Position numbers and translations under genes: made by a program | NCBI GenBank assembly: GCA_964412585.1 | Contig: CAYPPJ010000001.1 | Location: forward strand, 17,995 to 81,994 | DNA: 64,000 nucleotides | Reading direction: 5' to 3' | Source of the DNA: an uncultured Candidatus Saccharibacteria bacterium | GTDB taxonomy: Bacteria > Patescibacteriota > Minisyncoccia > Phycocordibacterales > PALSA-1337 | Part shown: one piece after another, positions 37,525-47,148 of the stretch | Position numbering within the stretch: the first letter of the stretch is position 1 | How the letters are laid out: every line of letters begins with the position of its first letter | Notes under the pieces: generated by a model | The model's input: only the letters and a program-made list of their open reading frames with translations | What the model was told of the DNA's origin: nothing | Database searches by the model: none

Positions 37525-38838
37525 ATGCGCGCACCACATCTCATTGTTCTTATTGGCGCATGTATGTCACTGTCTGTTTTCGTGCATGCGCAAACGGCAC
37601 CTGCAACTTCGGCCGCAGCCAAGGCTGGCTTGCAGCAGAAGATTGATCAGCGTACACAAGATATAAAGGCACTTGAACAGGAGATCGCGGGCTACCAAAG
37701 TCAGATCAACGAACTTGGTACACAGGCGTCATCACTTTCGGCAACTATCAAGTCACTTCAATTGACCCAAAAAAAACTTGAGGCGGACATGAAAGTTACG
37801 GAAAATCGTATTGCTGAAAAAAATCTTCAAATACAACGACTCGGTTCGCAAATAGTTGAAAAGGAAGGGACTATTTCTGACAATAGACGGATTATTGCGA
37901 GGTCGTTTTCAACGCTCAACGAGATCGGTGACAAATCGTTGCTCGAATTGATGCTTTCAAAAGATTCATTATCACATACATGGGATTCGCTCGAAGGCAT
38001 TTCAACCTTGCAACAAGGATTGACTGAACATATTTCCAATCTTCAAACAGCAAAGACGCGTCTTGAATCAAATAAAAAAGATACCGAAAAAGCCAAAGCC
38101 GAATTGTTGTCATTGAGCAAGCAACTGGGCGCGCAAAAGAAAGTTATTGTCGCGAATACAGAAGAGAACAACGCCCTTCTTCGAGAAACAAAAAATAACC
38201 AATCTACGTATACGCAATTACTCAATCAGCGTCAGGAACAAAAAGAAGCATTCGAAAGGGAAGTGGCCGACTTGGAGTCATCTCTCAAATCCAGTGTTGC
38301 TTCAAACGCGGTGCCGACCACGGGAACGGGTGTTTTGAGCTATCCGCTCGAAAAAGTTCGAATCACGCAGTATTTTGGCAATACACCATTTGCGACAAAA
38401 AATGCCCAAATTTACAACGGTCAAGGACATAATGGCGTCGACTTTGCTGCTTCCATTGGTACCCCGGTCAAGTCAGCGGCATCGGGTATAGTTATCGGCT
38501 CTGGTAATACTGACACAGTCTGTCCGGGAGCTTCATATGGGAAATGGGTCTTGGTAAAGCACAACAATGGTCTGACGACCGTATACGCCCATTTGTCGTA
38601 CGTTTCTGCTACCGTCGGACAAACAGTCAGTCGCGGTGAGACTATCGCATATAGTGGATATAGCGGCAACGTCGTTCCACGTGGTCCACGCGGCGCGCAC
38701 CTACACTTTACGGTATTCGTTTCTGATGGAGTTACCGTGGGCTCATATAAGTTCAAATCCTGTCCAGGTGCTCGTGCCATTGAAATGCCTTTGCTGACAA
38801 AAAAAGGCGCATACTTGAACCCATTGTCGTACTTTTAG
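37525..38838 (+). CDS. secreted M23-family peptidase with an N-terminal coiled-coil (EnvC-like)
   Basis: Signal peptide; long coiled-coil; HNGVDFAA...H.H.TV M23 motifs. Confidence 0.75.
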   Translation: MRAPHLIVLIGACMSLSVFVHAQTAPATSAAAKAGLQQKIDQRTQDIKALEQEIAGYQSQINELGTQASSLSATIKSLQLTQKKLEADMKVTENRIAEKNLQIQRLGSQIVEKEGTISDNRRIIARSFSTLNEIGDKSLLELMLSKDSLSHTWDSLEGISTLQQGLTEHISNLQTAKTRLESNKKDTEKAKAELLSLSKQLGAQKKVIVANTEENNALLRETKNNQSTYTQLLNQRQEQKEAFEREVADLESSLKSSVASNAVPTTGTGVLSYPLEKVRITQYFGNTPFATKNAQIYNGQGHNGVDFAASIGTPVKSAASGIVIGSGNTDTVCPGASYGKWVLVKHNNGLTTVYAHLSYVSATVGQTVSRGETIAYSGYSGNVVPRGPRGAHLHFTVFVSDGVTVGSYKFKSCPGARAIEMPLLTKKGAYLNPLSYF

Positions 38839-38896
38839 CTAAACCTTGTGTATAAGCTGACTATCGATATGCTCAAAAATGCGATAAAATAATCAC

Positions 38897-39241
38897 ATGA
38901 ATAATCTCATCAAAAAAAGAAATATGAACAGGGGAGGCTTGATCCGTTTGATCATCTACGTCATCATAATCCTACTCATCATCAGCTACTTTGGCCTCAA
39001 TATCCGCACTATCGTCAATTCCCCGGCTGGCCAAGAAAATTTCACGTATGTTCAGGAAATCATGATTAATGTATGGAATGGATACCTCAAGAAGCCCGTT
39101 TTGTACCTTTGGAACGATATTTTCCTCAAATTGATCTGGGAGCCAGCGATCGAGAATCTGACAAAAATAAAAAATGGCGAACCAGACAGTCTACAATCAA
39201 GTGCGCCAAAGCTAAGCTCGCCGACGCCGATACCAAACTAA
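38897..39241 (+). CDS. small membrane protein, hypothetical
   Basis: One TM helix, LIRLIIYVIIILLIISYFGL. Confidence 0.35.
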   Translation: MNNLIKKRNMNRGGLIRLIIYVIIILLIISYFGLNIRTIVNSPAGQENFTYVQEIMINVWNGYLKKPVLYLWNDIFLKLIWEPAIENLTKIKNGEPDSLQSSAPKLSSPTPIPN

Positions 39242-39261
39242 CAACGATTCAAGATAACAGG

Positions 39262-39287
39262 AAGGACTTCGAAAGAAGTCTTTTTTG
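39262..39287 (+). terminator. rho-independent terminator
   Basis: GGACTTC gaaa GAAGTC, then TTTTTT. Confidence 0.6.
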
Positions 39288-39453
39288 TTAGTTCTCCCCC
39301 GAAACCCCCTATAGACATGTGCTTTTAAGATATATTGTGCGACATGGTCTGTAGAGGAGAAAGGTGGATGGAACGGCTGGTTTGATATATTCCCTCACCT
39401 GTTAGGGTTCATTACTTTTCAAAAAAATTGTAAGGCTGTGATATAGTACATGC

Positions 39454-40236
39454 ATGGAAATTTCATTCGATAACTTACCTACTGGATTGTATACAGAAGA
39501 GGTCTGGCGCTCACAATGGCCTGGTGTTACCAAGCCACGTGGTGTTGCCGAAGGTCGTTTATCGATCGTTGATGTCGATAATGAGCATGTTTTGTGTGTC
39601 ACCTGTTTAAAAAATCAAACCGGTCCTGAAGCAGGTGGTACTTCATGGAGCACTAGATTTGGAAAGTCCTACGATGAAGCAGCTGTTGAATATATGGTAC
39701 GAATTGATAACAACTTTGATTTTAAAAGAGGAGGAAAACTGCCGGGCTTTTGCGGTGGAACAAGTCCGATGGGTGGCAGAAACACACCTGGTGGATTTTC
39801 TGCAAGAGTCATGTGGCGAGAGTTAGGTATGATGACGCAGTATGTCTATTTTGAGGGCAAAAATTCAACAAAACAATGGGGTCAAGACTATATCTGGACA
39901 AAAGCTGAAAATAAACAAGTTCCAATAACTTCTCAAATGTGGACGGAATGGGATACTCTAAAAGCTCATCAAGATGATAGAGCATATCTAACTCCAGGCG
40001 TATGGCATACGATCAAAACACACATCAAAATGAATACCCCTAATAAAGAGGATGGGAAATTAATTTCTTGGCTCGACGGCGAAGAAGTTTGCAATCTCAC
40101 TTTAAGATTCAGGAAAGATACCTCATTCGGCATTGATTCCTTCAAATTTGCCGTATTCTTTGGCGGAAATGAACCGAGCTGGGCACCGGATAAGGATGAA
40201 AAAATCTACTTTAAGGATTTTAAGTTTAGTTTATAG
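39454..40236 (+). CDS. concanavalin-like jelly-roll protein resembling polysaccharide lyases (heparinase I / glucuronan / alginate lyase-like); no signal peptide
   Basis: C-terminal YFKDFKF and WH/W..W.DG blocks reminiscent of PL7/PL14/PL20-type lyases. Extended -10 TGATATAGT lies 7 nt before the ATG, suggesting a leaderless transcript. Confidence 0.35.
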   Translation: MEISFDNLPTGLYTEEVWRSQWPGVTKPRGVAEGRLSIVDVDNEHVLCVTCLKNQTGPEAGGTSWSTRFGKSYDEAAVEYMVRIDNNFDFKRGGKLPGFCGGTSPMGGRNTPGGFSARVMWRELGMMTQYVYFEGKNSTKQWGQDYIWTKAENKQVPITSQMWTEWDTLKAHQDDRAYLTPGVWHTIKTHIKMNTPNKEDGKLISWLDGEEVCNLTLRFRKDTSFGIDSFKFAVFFGGNEPSWAPDKDEKIYFKDFKFSL

Positions 40237-40437
40237 TTTCTCGATCTTCTTAATTAGTACATTGTACCCAAGATATAATATTATAATTGCAATTATGGTA
40301 CCGACTATGAGAAGTATTTCCCCCTGAGTTGTTGCAGTATCAAATACAAATCTACCAAGTTTACTAACTATTGTTGCAACAATTAGTATCACTATAACCT
40401 TCACTATATCCCCTTTCTTTAGATTGTTGTAGTTCAT
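40231..40437 (-). CDS. small two-TM membrane protein, hypothetical
   Basis: Two hydrophobic helices; 68 aa. Confidence 0.35.
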   Translation of the reverse strand: MNYNNLKKGDIVKVIVILIVATIVSKLGRFVFDTATTQGEILLIVGTIIAIIILYLGYNVLIKKIEKL

Positions 40438-40453
40438 GTTTTGTGCACAAAAC
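40438..40453. promoter_or_regulatory. 16-bp perfect palindrome GTTTTGTGCACAAAAC abutting the start codon of the small membrane protein gene
   Basis: Self-complementary; sits where the ribosome-binding site or an operator would be. Confidence 0.3.
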
Positions 40454-40504
40454 GTATTTGTCGATAATTACTAAAATAATTATATCGTAAAACTCAACCA
40501 ACAC

Positions 40505-40530
40505 AAAAGGCCCCGTTTCCGAGGCCTTTT
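40505..40530. terminator. bidirectional terminator hairpin
   Basis: AAAAGGCC ccgtttccga GGCCTTTT. Confidence 0.55.
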
Positions 40531-40544
40531 ATGTTTATAGATAA

Positions 40545-41012
40545 TTATTTACGAGCAAGTTGCGCAATCTTTGACTTTGACCAACAAGGCTCTGAAGCTG
40601 ACCATGGGCTCGTACCATACTTCGCATAGAGGTATTTGCCGAATGCGACGTTACCTTCTGTGGTTTCGAGGTTGATACCCATCTTGCGGGCAGTTTCTGA
40701 GTGATAGAATTCATTAATCTGCATGACACCTACGTCGTCCGGATTTGCCCGGCCTCGTACGATTTTCCCGTTCTTATCGAACTGACGGAATTCAGATTCA
40801 CAACGCGCGATCTCAATAAGGATCGGTGCGTCGAAATACTGCTCATGGAGATATGACTCTATGTCGGTTGAAGTTGAGAATGAGCGAACTTCCGTTGTCG
40901 TTGTCGCCTGCGCGTTGGTTTCCGCCTTGAGAGACTGAATTTGAGCGTCGCTCTGGCCTGAACCATATACAGAAGACATCAGGAATACCACACCAGTTGT
41001 AAGTTCAAGCAT
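40545..41012 (-). CDS. secreted lysozyme-like / lytic transglycosylase-like protein
   Basis: Signal peptide; IARCESEFRQFD...DVGVMQIN...H pattern typical of the SLT/lysozyme-like fold. Confidence 0.5.
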   Translation of the reverse strand: MLELTTGVVFLMSSVYGSGQSDAQIQSLKAETNAQATTTTEVRSFSTSTDIESYLHEQYFDAPILIEIARCESEFRQFDKNGKIVRGRANPDDVGVMQINEFYHSETARKMGINLETTEGNVAFGKYLYAKYGTSPWSASEPCWSKSKIAQLARK

Positions 41013-41190
41013 ATTAATTAAAAAAAGAAGTAAGTAATCATGAGATTACTTCTTCTTTTTCTGTAGCAACAGTATAGCACCTCTGGCGCCCCAAGTCAAG
41101 GGTTTTACAATGATAATATGGCCTTGTTGAGCCATATTTAACACACAAAATACCTATATTTTGAGCCATATTATCAGGTCTATTCTCAGG

Positions 41191-41220
41191 TTGACTAAAA
41201 TACGGCTTGTATGCTACACT
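41191..41220 (+). promoter_or_regulatory. sigma70-like promoter for rpmA
   Basis: TTGACT - 18 nt - TACACT, about 36 nt before the ATG. Confidence 0.45.
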
Positions 41221-41256
41221 ATCGCGACCTAGTTTAATCAATAGTCACTAACCACC

Positions 41257-41529
41257 ATGGCACATAAGAAAGCAGCAGGAGTCACAAAAAATGGTCGCGA
41301 TTCGAACCCAAAGTACCTTGGGGTTAAGATCAATCACGGTCAGGCTATTACTGCAGGCCAGATCATCCTCCGCCAGCGTGGTACGACATGCCTTCCAGGA
41401 CGCAATGTAGGCGTTGGAAAGGACTATACCCTCTTTGCTCTCGCAGACGGTAAGGTTGAGTTCGGCTCAAAGCGCAAGACTGGCTACAACAACGACATCC
41501 TCCGCAAAAAGGTTGTGCATGTAAAATAA
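41257..41529 (+). CDS. rpmA: 50S ribosomal protein L27
   Basis: [19 protein letters not shown]...GRNVGVG. Confidence 0.9.
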   Translation: MAHKKAAGVTKNGRDSNPKYLGVKINHGQAITAGQIILRQRGTTCLPGRNVGVGKDYTLFALADGKVEFGSKRKTGYNNDILRKKVVHVK

Positions 41530-41546
41530 TTTACTCGGATACAAAA

Positions 41547-41570
41547 AAGAGGGGTTACTCCCCTCTTTTT
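41547..41570 (+). terminator. rho-independent terminator
   Basis: AAGAGGGG ttact CCCCTCTT, then TTT. Confidence 0.65.
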
Positions 41571-41591
41571 AGTTACCTGTATCACTTTTGA

Positions 41592-42035
41592 TTATTTGGC
41601 CTCGATCACCAGCTTGAATTTTGCGGACTTGTTTGCTGTCTTAACTTCAATGACATGTTCACCTGTCGTTTTGAGTGGATGGTCAAGCTGGATAAATGAC
41701 GGGTCAACCTGGAGTCGGGTCTGCTTTTCTATCTCAGTGGCGAGAGCCTCCTTGTGAAGACCTGCAAATAGATGACCCTTTTCATTTGCCTTGCAGGTAA
41801 TAGTAACAGTCGTATCCTTGAGTCCTTCAATATTTTTGACCAAAAGTTCCTCCTGCACTTTTCGCTCCCCTTCCATCTTTGACTTCTCTGATTCGATACG
41901 TTTGAGAGCGTCAGGTGTTGCTGAAATAGCCAATCCCTGTGGAATGAGGAGGTTGAGTGCATGGCCGTCGCTGACCGTCTTTACGTCATATTTTCGTCCG
42001 AGCTTACTTACGTCTTTGAGAAGAATGATTTTCAT
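41592..42035 (-). CDS. rplI: 50S ribosomal protein L9
   Basis: MKIILLKDV..LG..G.V..V..GHA.N.LIPQGLA. Confidence 0.85.
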   Translation of the reverse strand: MKIILLKDVSKLGRKYDVKTVSDGHALNLLIPQGLAISATPDALKRIESEKSKMEGERKVQEELLVKNIEGLKDTTVTITCKANEKGHLFAGLHKEALATEIEKQTRLQVDPSFIQLDHPLKTTGEHVIEVKTANKSAKFKLVIEAK

Positions 42036-42075
42036 ATCTGTAGCTGTTATCTTGTAATGATATCCGGATACTACA

Positions 42076-43293
42076 CTAAAATTCCTTGGTCAACAACTCT
42101 ATCGCCTTTTTGAGTACAACGTCATTTTTGTCCTGAAAATCTTTTTCCGTAGGCTCAACCTTGTAGTCTGGTTCGAGTCCGTCATGAGACAGGTTGTGAC
42201 CATTTGGCGTGAGCCAGCGTGCAATCGTGACCTTGAGTGAGGTGTCTGAGGTGATAGGGATCAGTTGCTGGACGGATCCCTTGCCGAAGGTCTTTGTACC
42301 AATGAGCTTCGCTACACCATTTTCCTTGAGGGCACCTGCCAAAATCTCTGAAGCCGAAGCAGATCCTCCGTCAACGAGAATATACATTTGGAGATTTTTG
42401 TTGAAGATGTTGTACCCCTTACTACGATAAATTGTTGGGCTATTATTTTTGCCAAAGTCTTCTGTAACAACAGTTGTACCAGTCGGCAAGAACCATGAAG
42501 CCATGTCCCATGCTGCATCAAGATATCCTCCTGGATTGCCACGAAGATCGAGTATGAGCTTGTGATTGCCTGAAATGACAAATTCACGGAGCGCATTACG
42601 GAAGAGGTTGTGTGATTGTGCAGTAAAGCTGAAGAGACGAATCACGAAGATGCCACCTGGTTTGGTACTTGTTTCGAGTGTTGGGATGTTGATGACATCT
42701 CGAACAATAGAGCGTTCTACTGGTTTGGAAGCGCCTTTTGTAAAGAATAGAATCTTGACCGTCGTTCCTCCCTTGCCACGAATAAGTTTGACTGCAGCGT
42801 CGACAGACATATCTACCGTGCTCTTGTCATCAATTTTCAAGATAAAATCACCTGTTTTGACTCCGGCACGTTCAGCAGGGCTATCCTTGATCGGCGTAAC
42901 AACTTGGAGTTGTTTGTCTTTGATACCGATCTCCATACCAACGCCCTCAAAGTTGCCAGCAATGTCTTCTTCAAATTGTTTTGATTCTACTGGCGGGAAA
43001 AAGACAGTATATGGATCTCCAAATGAAGATGCCAGACCTTGAATAGATCCGTACAGTTTTTTCTCAGGAGTAGAACTTGCAGCTTCAACGAATTTTTCAT
43101 CAAGAATATGCCACGCCTTCCAGTACGGGCCAAACTGGTCCTTTGTTATAGATTTTTCGTCATTGCCATCATCACTCGGGCCGTAGGTCTTCCCTCCTCC
43201 AACGTAGACCCCAATGAAGAAGATCAATACAGCGAGCGGAAGGCCGATGAGAAATATGACGAGCTTTCGGTCTTGTAGATTCATGGAGCGCAA
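42076..43293 (-). CDS. C-terminal processing (tail-specific) peptidase, S41 family
   Basis: N-terminal TM helix, PDZ domain, LVDGGSASASEILAGAL Ser/Lys dyad region. Confidence 0.8.
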   Translation of the reverse strand: MRSMNLQDRKLVIFLIGLPLAVLIFFIGVYVGGGKTYGPSDDGNDEKSITKDQFGPYWKAWHILDEKFVEAASSTPEKKLYGSIQGLASSFGDPYTVFFPPVESKQFEEDIAGNFEGVGMEIGIKDKQLQVVTPIKDSPAERAGVKTGDFILKIDDKSTVDMSVDAAVKLIRGKGGTTVKILFFTKGASKPVERSIVRDVINIPTLETSTKPGGIFVIRLFSFTAQSHNLFRNALREFVISGNHKLILDLRGNPGGYLDAAWDMASWFLPTGTTVVTEDFGKNNSPTIYRSKGYNIFNKNLQMYILVDGGSASASEILAGALKENGVAKLIGTKTFGKGSVQQLIPITSDTSLKVTIARWLTPNGHNLSHDGLEPDYKVEPTEKDFQDKNDVVLKKAIELLTKEF

Positions 43294-43359
43294 GGTTAAC
43301 AGGAAATGATAAAAGTTACTGGGCTATTATCGCACATTACTTCGTGGTCTGCCATAGTT

Positions 43360-43388
43360 GGTTACTTGAGCATTCAAGATTAAATCGG
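43360..43388 (+). promoter_or_regulatory. sigma70-like promoter; TATAAT lies 7 nt before the CorA-like start, so the mRNA is probably leaderless
   Basis: TTGAGC - 17 nt - TATAAT - AACCGCC - ATG. Confidence 0.4.
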
Positions 43389-43401
43389 TATAATAACCGC
43401 C

Positions 43402-44328
43402 ATGATTACACATCACGCATCTCGCGGCCTCGTCTGGCTCGATGTTTCTCGTCCGACTGACGATGAGATTTCTGGACTTATCAAGCGCTACGATTTGCAT
43501 CCACTGGTCGGCGAAGAGCTCAAGAAGTCTTCATCGCTCGCAAAGATGGATTTTTATAAGGACTACATGCTCGTCGTCCTCACTCTTCCAGTACGTATTC
43601 GCAACAAGTCTGGCGGGTATGAGATTGTTGACCGCGAAGTCGATTTTGTTATTGGCAAGAACTTCCTTATTACTTCTCGCACGGATACGATAGATCAGCT
43701 TGAGTATTTCACCAAGGTTTTTGAAGCCAATTCTATCTTGAAGAAAGATGACAAAATGGATCACGCCGGCCATCTTTTCTACTATATGGTCAAGCGTATT
43801 TATGGTGGCATGGTTGAAGATCTTGAAAATATAAAAGATTCTTTGATTACCGCTGAGACACGCATTTTCAATGGAGATGAACGGAATATGGTTGAGGTTC
43901 TTTCAAACTTGAGTCGTGAACTTATTGACTTCAAACAGACGGCTCGAGTCCATCAGGATATTTGGGAAGATATGGTTCGCTATGATGAGGCGATGATTTT
44001 TGGAAAAGATTTTCTTGTCTATGCGCGTGACATCCGCGATGAGTTCAACCGGATCCGTGAGCTGATCACAAATGCACGAGAATTGCTGGCTGATCTCCGC
44101 GAAACAAATGACTCGCTTCTCAACACAAAACAGAATGATATTATCAAATTACTTACGCTCGTAGCCTTTATTTTCCAACCACTCACATTTATAGCGGCAC
44201 TTTTCACTATTCCCGCCCTCAACGTGCCACTGATAGAACACGGTATGGGCTGGTATGGTATTTTGGTCCTGATGGTCGTTATCACTGGTAGTATCTGGCT
44301 TTTCTTCAAGAAAAAAAGGTGGGTGTAG
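43402..44328 (+). CDS. CorA-family divalent cation transporter (GMG variant of the GMN motif)
   Basis: N-terminus LVWLDVSRPTDDEISGLIKRYDLHPLVGEEL; two C-terminal TM helices bracketing HGMGWYG. Confidence 0.6.
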   Translation: MITHHASRGLVWLDVSRPTDDEISGLIKRYDLHPLVGEELKKSSSLAKMDFYKDYMLVVLTLPVRIRNKSGGYEIVDREVDFVIGKNFLITSRTDTIDQLEYFTKVFEANSILKKDDKMDHAGHLFYYMVKRIYGGMVEDLENIKDSLITAETRIFNGDERNMVEVLSNLSRELIDFKQTARVHQDIWEDMVRYDEAMIFGKDFLVYARDIRDEFNRIRELITNARELLADLRETNDSLLNTKQNDIIKLLTLVAFIFQPLTFIAALFTIPALNVPLIEHGMGWYGILVLMVVITGSIWLFFKKKRWV

Positions 44329-44340
44329 GATGGAACAGAT

Positions 44341-45696
44341 ATGGATATACAACTCTACAATACGCTAACGCATTCAAAAGACGTTTTTGTGCCGCTCAAA
44401 AAAGGGGTGGTCTCAATGTACCATTGTGGCCCGACGGTGTACGATACGCCACACCTGGGCAATTACCGAACCTTCGTGATGAATGATCTGATTCGACGTG
44501 TGTTCGAGTACAACGGATATTCGGTCGAACAGGCCATGAATATTACGGATGTGGATGACAAGACTATCCGCCGAGCTCGAGAAGAAAAAGTTCTGCTCAA
44601 TGTCATCACTGAAAAATATGAGAAGTTATTTCTCGATGGCCTAGATGTGTTGCATATCAAACGCCCTCAACATCTCATCAGAGCGACAGACTACATTTCT
44701 GCCATGATTGAACTTATTTCTACTCTTCTTGATAAAGGATATGCATACAAAGCCGCGGATGGTGTCTACATGAGTATTGATAAAATACATACCTATGGTG
44801 AATTGGTCGGGCTCACAAAACAGAAGAATGATGGAGAGCACGCCAGAATCAAAAATGATGAATACGATAAGGAAAATCCGCGCGATTTTGCCGTGTGGAA
44901 GTTTGCTGTACCTGAAGACGGTGCCGCAAAGTGGTCTGCACCTTTTGGTGAAGGACGTCCTGGATGGCATATCGAATGTTCTGCCATGTCGATGAAAGTT
45001 CTCGGTACAACAATCGATATTCATACTGGTGGAAACGATCTAATGTTTCCACATCATACAAATGAAATTGCGCAATCTGAATGCGCCACGGGCACGCAAT
45101 TTGTACGCTACTGGATACACGGCGCCTTCATGAATGTTAGCAATGAAAAAATGGCCAAGTCCAAAGGAAACTTTTTGAAGCTTGAGGATCTCGCAGAATC
45201 AACTATTTCCCCGCTCGCCTATCGATATTGGCTCCTCACCGCTCATTATCGTTCGCCGGTGAACTTCACCCTGGAAGCTGTCCAAGGGGCTCAAAATGCC
45301 CTTATACGGCTCATGACAACCGTGAGTAATCTACCTGAAGGTGGAGCTGCCTCCGCCTCATATATAGAGCGTTTTAAGGGCTTTATTAATGATGACGTGG
45401 ACACTGCACAGGCTATTGCCCTTGTCTGGGATATCCTCAAGGATACAGGTCTATCCGGGGCGGACAAGCGAGCTACTATTCTCGACATGGACAAGGTATT
45501 TGGCTTTGGTCTCGATACGCTAAAACCAGTAGAGGACGAGGAGATTCCACCAGAAATTATGGCACTCGCCGAAGCCCGTGAGGAAGCACGAAAAGACAAA
45601 GACTGGGTAAAGGCTGATGCATTGCGAAATGAAATAGAGGAACGCGGTTTTGTTGTTTCAGATACGAAGGACGGGATCAAAGTTCAGTCAAAGTAG
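44341..45696 (+). CDS. cysS: cysteinyl-tRNA synthetase
   Basis: YHCGPTVYDTPHLGN (HIGH), KMAKSKGN (KMSKS), Zn-binding Cys and His residues. Confidence 0.9.
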   Translation: MDIQLYNTLTHSKDVFVPLKKGVVSMYHCGPTVYDTPHLGNYRTFVMNDLIRRVFEYNGYSVEQAMNITDVDDKTIRRAREEKVLLNVITEKYEKLFLDGLDVLHIKRPQHLIRATDYISAMIELISTLLDKGYAYKAADGVYMSIDKIHTYGELVGLTKQKNDGEHARIKNDEYDKENPRDFAVWKFAVPEDGAAKWSAPFGEGRPGWHIECSAMSMKVLGTTIDIHTGGNDLMFPHHTNEIAQSECATGTQFVRYWIHGAFMNVSNEKMAKSKGNFLKLEDLAESTISPLAYRYWLLTAHYRSPVNFTLEAVQGAQNALIRLMTTVSNLPEGGAASASYIERFKGFINDDVDTAQAIALVWDILKDTGLSGADKRATILDMDKVFGFGLDTLKPVEDEEIPPEIMALAEAREEARKDKDWVKADALRNEIEERGFVVSDTKDGIKVQSK

Positions 45697-45703
45697 AGTC
45701 GAT

Positions 45704-45961
45704 TCATATATCTCTCAGTCGAACCACCTCTCTCACCTCTTCTTTGAGTTCCCCGATAAGATCTGAGGTGTCTTGTCTGCCTGCTTCTATACGATCCTCT
45801 ACCTCAGCAATCCTCGAATACGTCCTCGCTTCACCTGCATCTATTCGTTCCTCAAGCCTTTCAAAACTACGTGCGATAGATACAGCAACATCGTCACTGT
45901 GCTTGAATATAATACGCTCAATAAGTTCTACATCTTTTTGATCTAATGACATGGTGTTCAT
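45704..45961 (-). CDS. small acidic coiled-coil protein with internal repeats (E.RI.AGE)
   Basis: 85 aa; EERIDAGEA / EDRIEAGRQ repeats. Confidence 0.4.
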   Translation of the reverse strand: MNTMSLDQKDVELIERIIFKHSDDVAVSIARSFERLEERIDAGEARTYSRIAEVEDRIEAGRQDTSDLIGELKEEVREVVRLRDI

Positions 45962-46016
45962 GTGTTATGTCCATTTGCATGGATACTAATAATGACACCA
46001 CCATAGCAAAGCCATA

Positions 46017-46055
46017 TGAAGAAACGCTGGAGAAATGATAAAGATTCGCTGGAGA
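46017..46055 (+). repeat. copy B of the 39-bp motif (see 21304-21342), 56-94 nt upstream of the coiled-coil gene start on the other strand
   Basis: TGAAGAAACGCTGGAGAAATGATAAAGATTCGCTGGAGA. Confidence 0.85.
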
Positions 46056-46097
46056 CGAAAAAACGTTGTCTTATAATCTATTGGACAACAGAGTATT

Positions 46098-47054
46098 TTA
46101 CGAAAGCACACCCACTGCTTTTTTAATCTCGATCAACTTTGCATCAGCGATCACACGAGCACGAGCCGCACCATCTTGGAGTATCTCGGAAACTTGCTTC
46201 GGATCCTTTGATAATTGTTCACGCCTCTCCCTCATTGGTTTGATAAACACATCGATATCTTCTATAAGTGCTTCCTTGAGTGCCTTATACTTACCTTTGT
46301 GAGCGTCATAAAGTGATTTCAGTTCCGATTCTGTCTTGAATAGTTTGTGAATGTTATAGACATTTGTTGGCACATCTCCACCTGAGTCCGTCACAATACC
46401 CATGACGGCTTTGGTAATTTCCTCTCGAGATGCAAAGAGTGGAATAGTATTGTTGTAGCTTTTCGACATCTTTCGGCCATCAATACCTGGAACGACAGCC
46501 ACTTCTTTCATAATCAGATCCTGCGGTAATTTGAATGATTCGGTCTTGAAAATATGATTGAATTTGAGGGCAATGTCTCGGGCGTACTCAACGTGCTGTT
46601 TCTGATCTTGGCCGACAGGAACAACGTCGGTGTCATACAAGAGTATGTCTGCAGCCATGAGAACTGGATAATCGAATGTGCCGACATTGATCTCTTTATT
46701 TTTTGCTTCAGCGTCTTTGTAGGCATGTGCACGCATGAGATACGGCATGGTTACTATCGTATTGAAAATCCATGCAAGCTCGGTATGTGCAGACAGATCA
46801 CTTTGCTTGAAAAGAATAGATTTCTTTGGATCAAGGCCGATGGCCAGATAATCGATGGCGAGCTCGAGGGTCAATTTCTTCATCTCTTCCTTGTCCTGGA
46901 TAAGATTGAGGCCATGATAATCCGCAATGAAAAGATGGCAGTTGTAGTCACCTGAGTTTTGCAGGTCTACGAACTGCTTCATGGCACCAAAATAGTTGCC
47001 GATATGGGCAGTACCCGTAGGTTTGACGCCAGAAAGGAGTATTTTCTTGGACAT
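46098..47054 (-). CDS. trpS: tryptophanyl-tRNA synthetase
   Basis: SGVKPTGTAHIGNY (HIGH), KMSKS, 318 aa. Confidence 0.9.
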   Translation of the reverse strand: MSKKILLSGVKPTGTAHIGNYFGAMKQFVDLQNSGDYNCHLFIADYHGLNLIQDKEEMKKLTLELAIDYLAIGLDPKKSILFKQSDLSAHTELAWIFNTIVTMPYLMRAHAYKDAEAKNKEINVGTFDYPVLMAADILLYDTDVVPVGQDQKQHVEYARDIALKFNHIFKTESFKLPQDLIMKEVAVVPGIDGRKMSKSYNNTIPLFASREEITKAVMGIVTDSGGDVPTNVYNIHKLFKTESELKSLYDAHKGKYKALKEALIEDIDVFIKPMRERREQLSKDPKQVSEILQDGAARARVIADAKLIEIKKAVGVLS

Positions 47055-47106
47055 AGGCTATATAATAACAGAATTTTAAATAAAAAAAAGCCTTATAAAA
47101 AAGGCG

Positions 47107-47135
47107 GGCCGGTTGCAGGGTGTGCAACCGGCCTA
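47107..47135 (-). terminator. terminator for the minus-strand gene at 47149-47430
   Basis: On the minus strand: GGCCGGTTGCA caccc TGCAACCGGCC, then CGCCTTTTTT. Confidence 0.55.
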
Positions 47136-47148
47136 GGCTTGGCGTGGG

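Noticed and set aside
41038-41241. 67-aa minus-strand ORF upstream of rpmA, as a possible rplU remnant
   Set aside because: No similarity to L21, and it overlaps the rpmA promoter (TTGACT...TACACT). It is treated as spurious.
21304-46055. The two 39-bp motif copies as attL/attR of a 24.7-kb integrated element
   Set aside because: The interval contains core genes (typA, murG, gltX, cysS, rpmA, rplI, scpA/scpB) and no integrase, so it is not a mobile island. The motif is better explained as a regulatory site or a small dispersed repeat.
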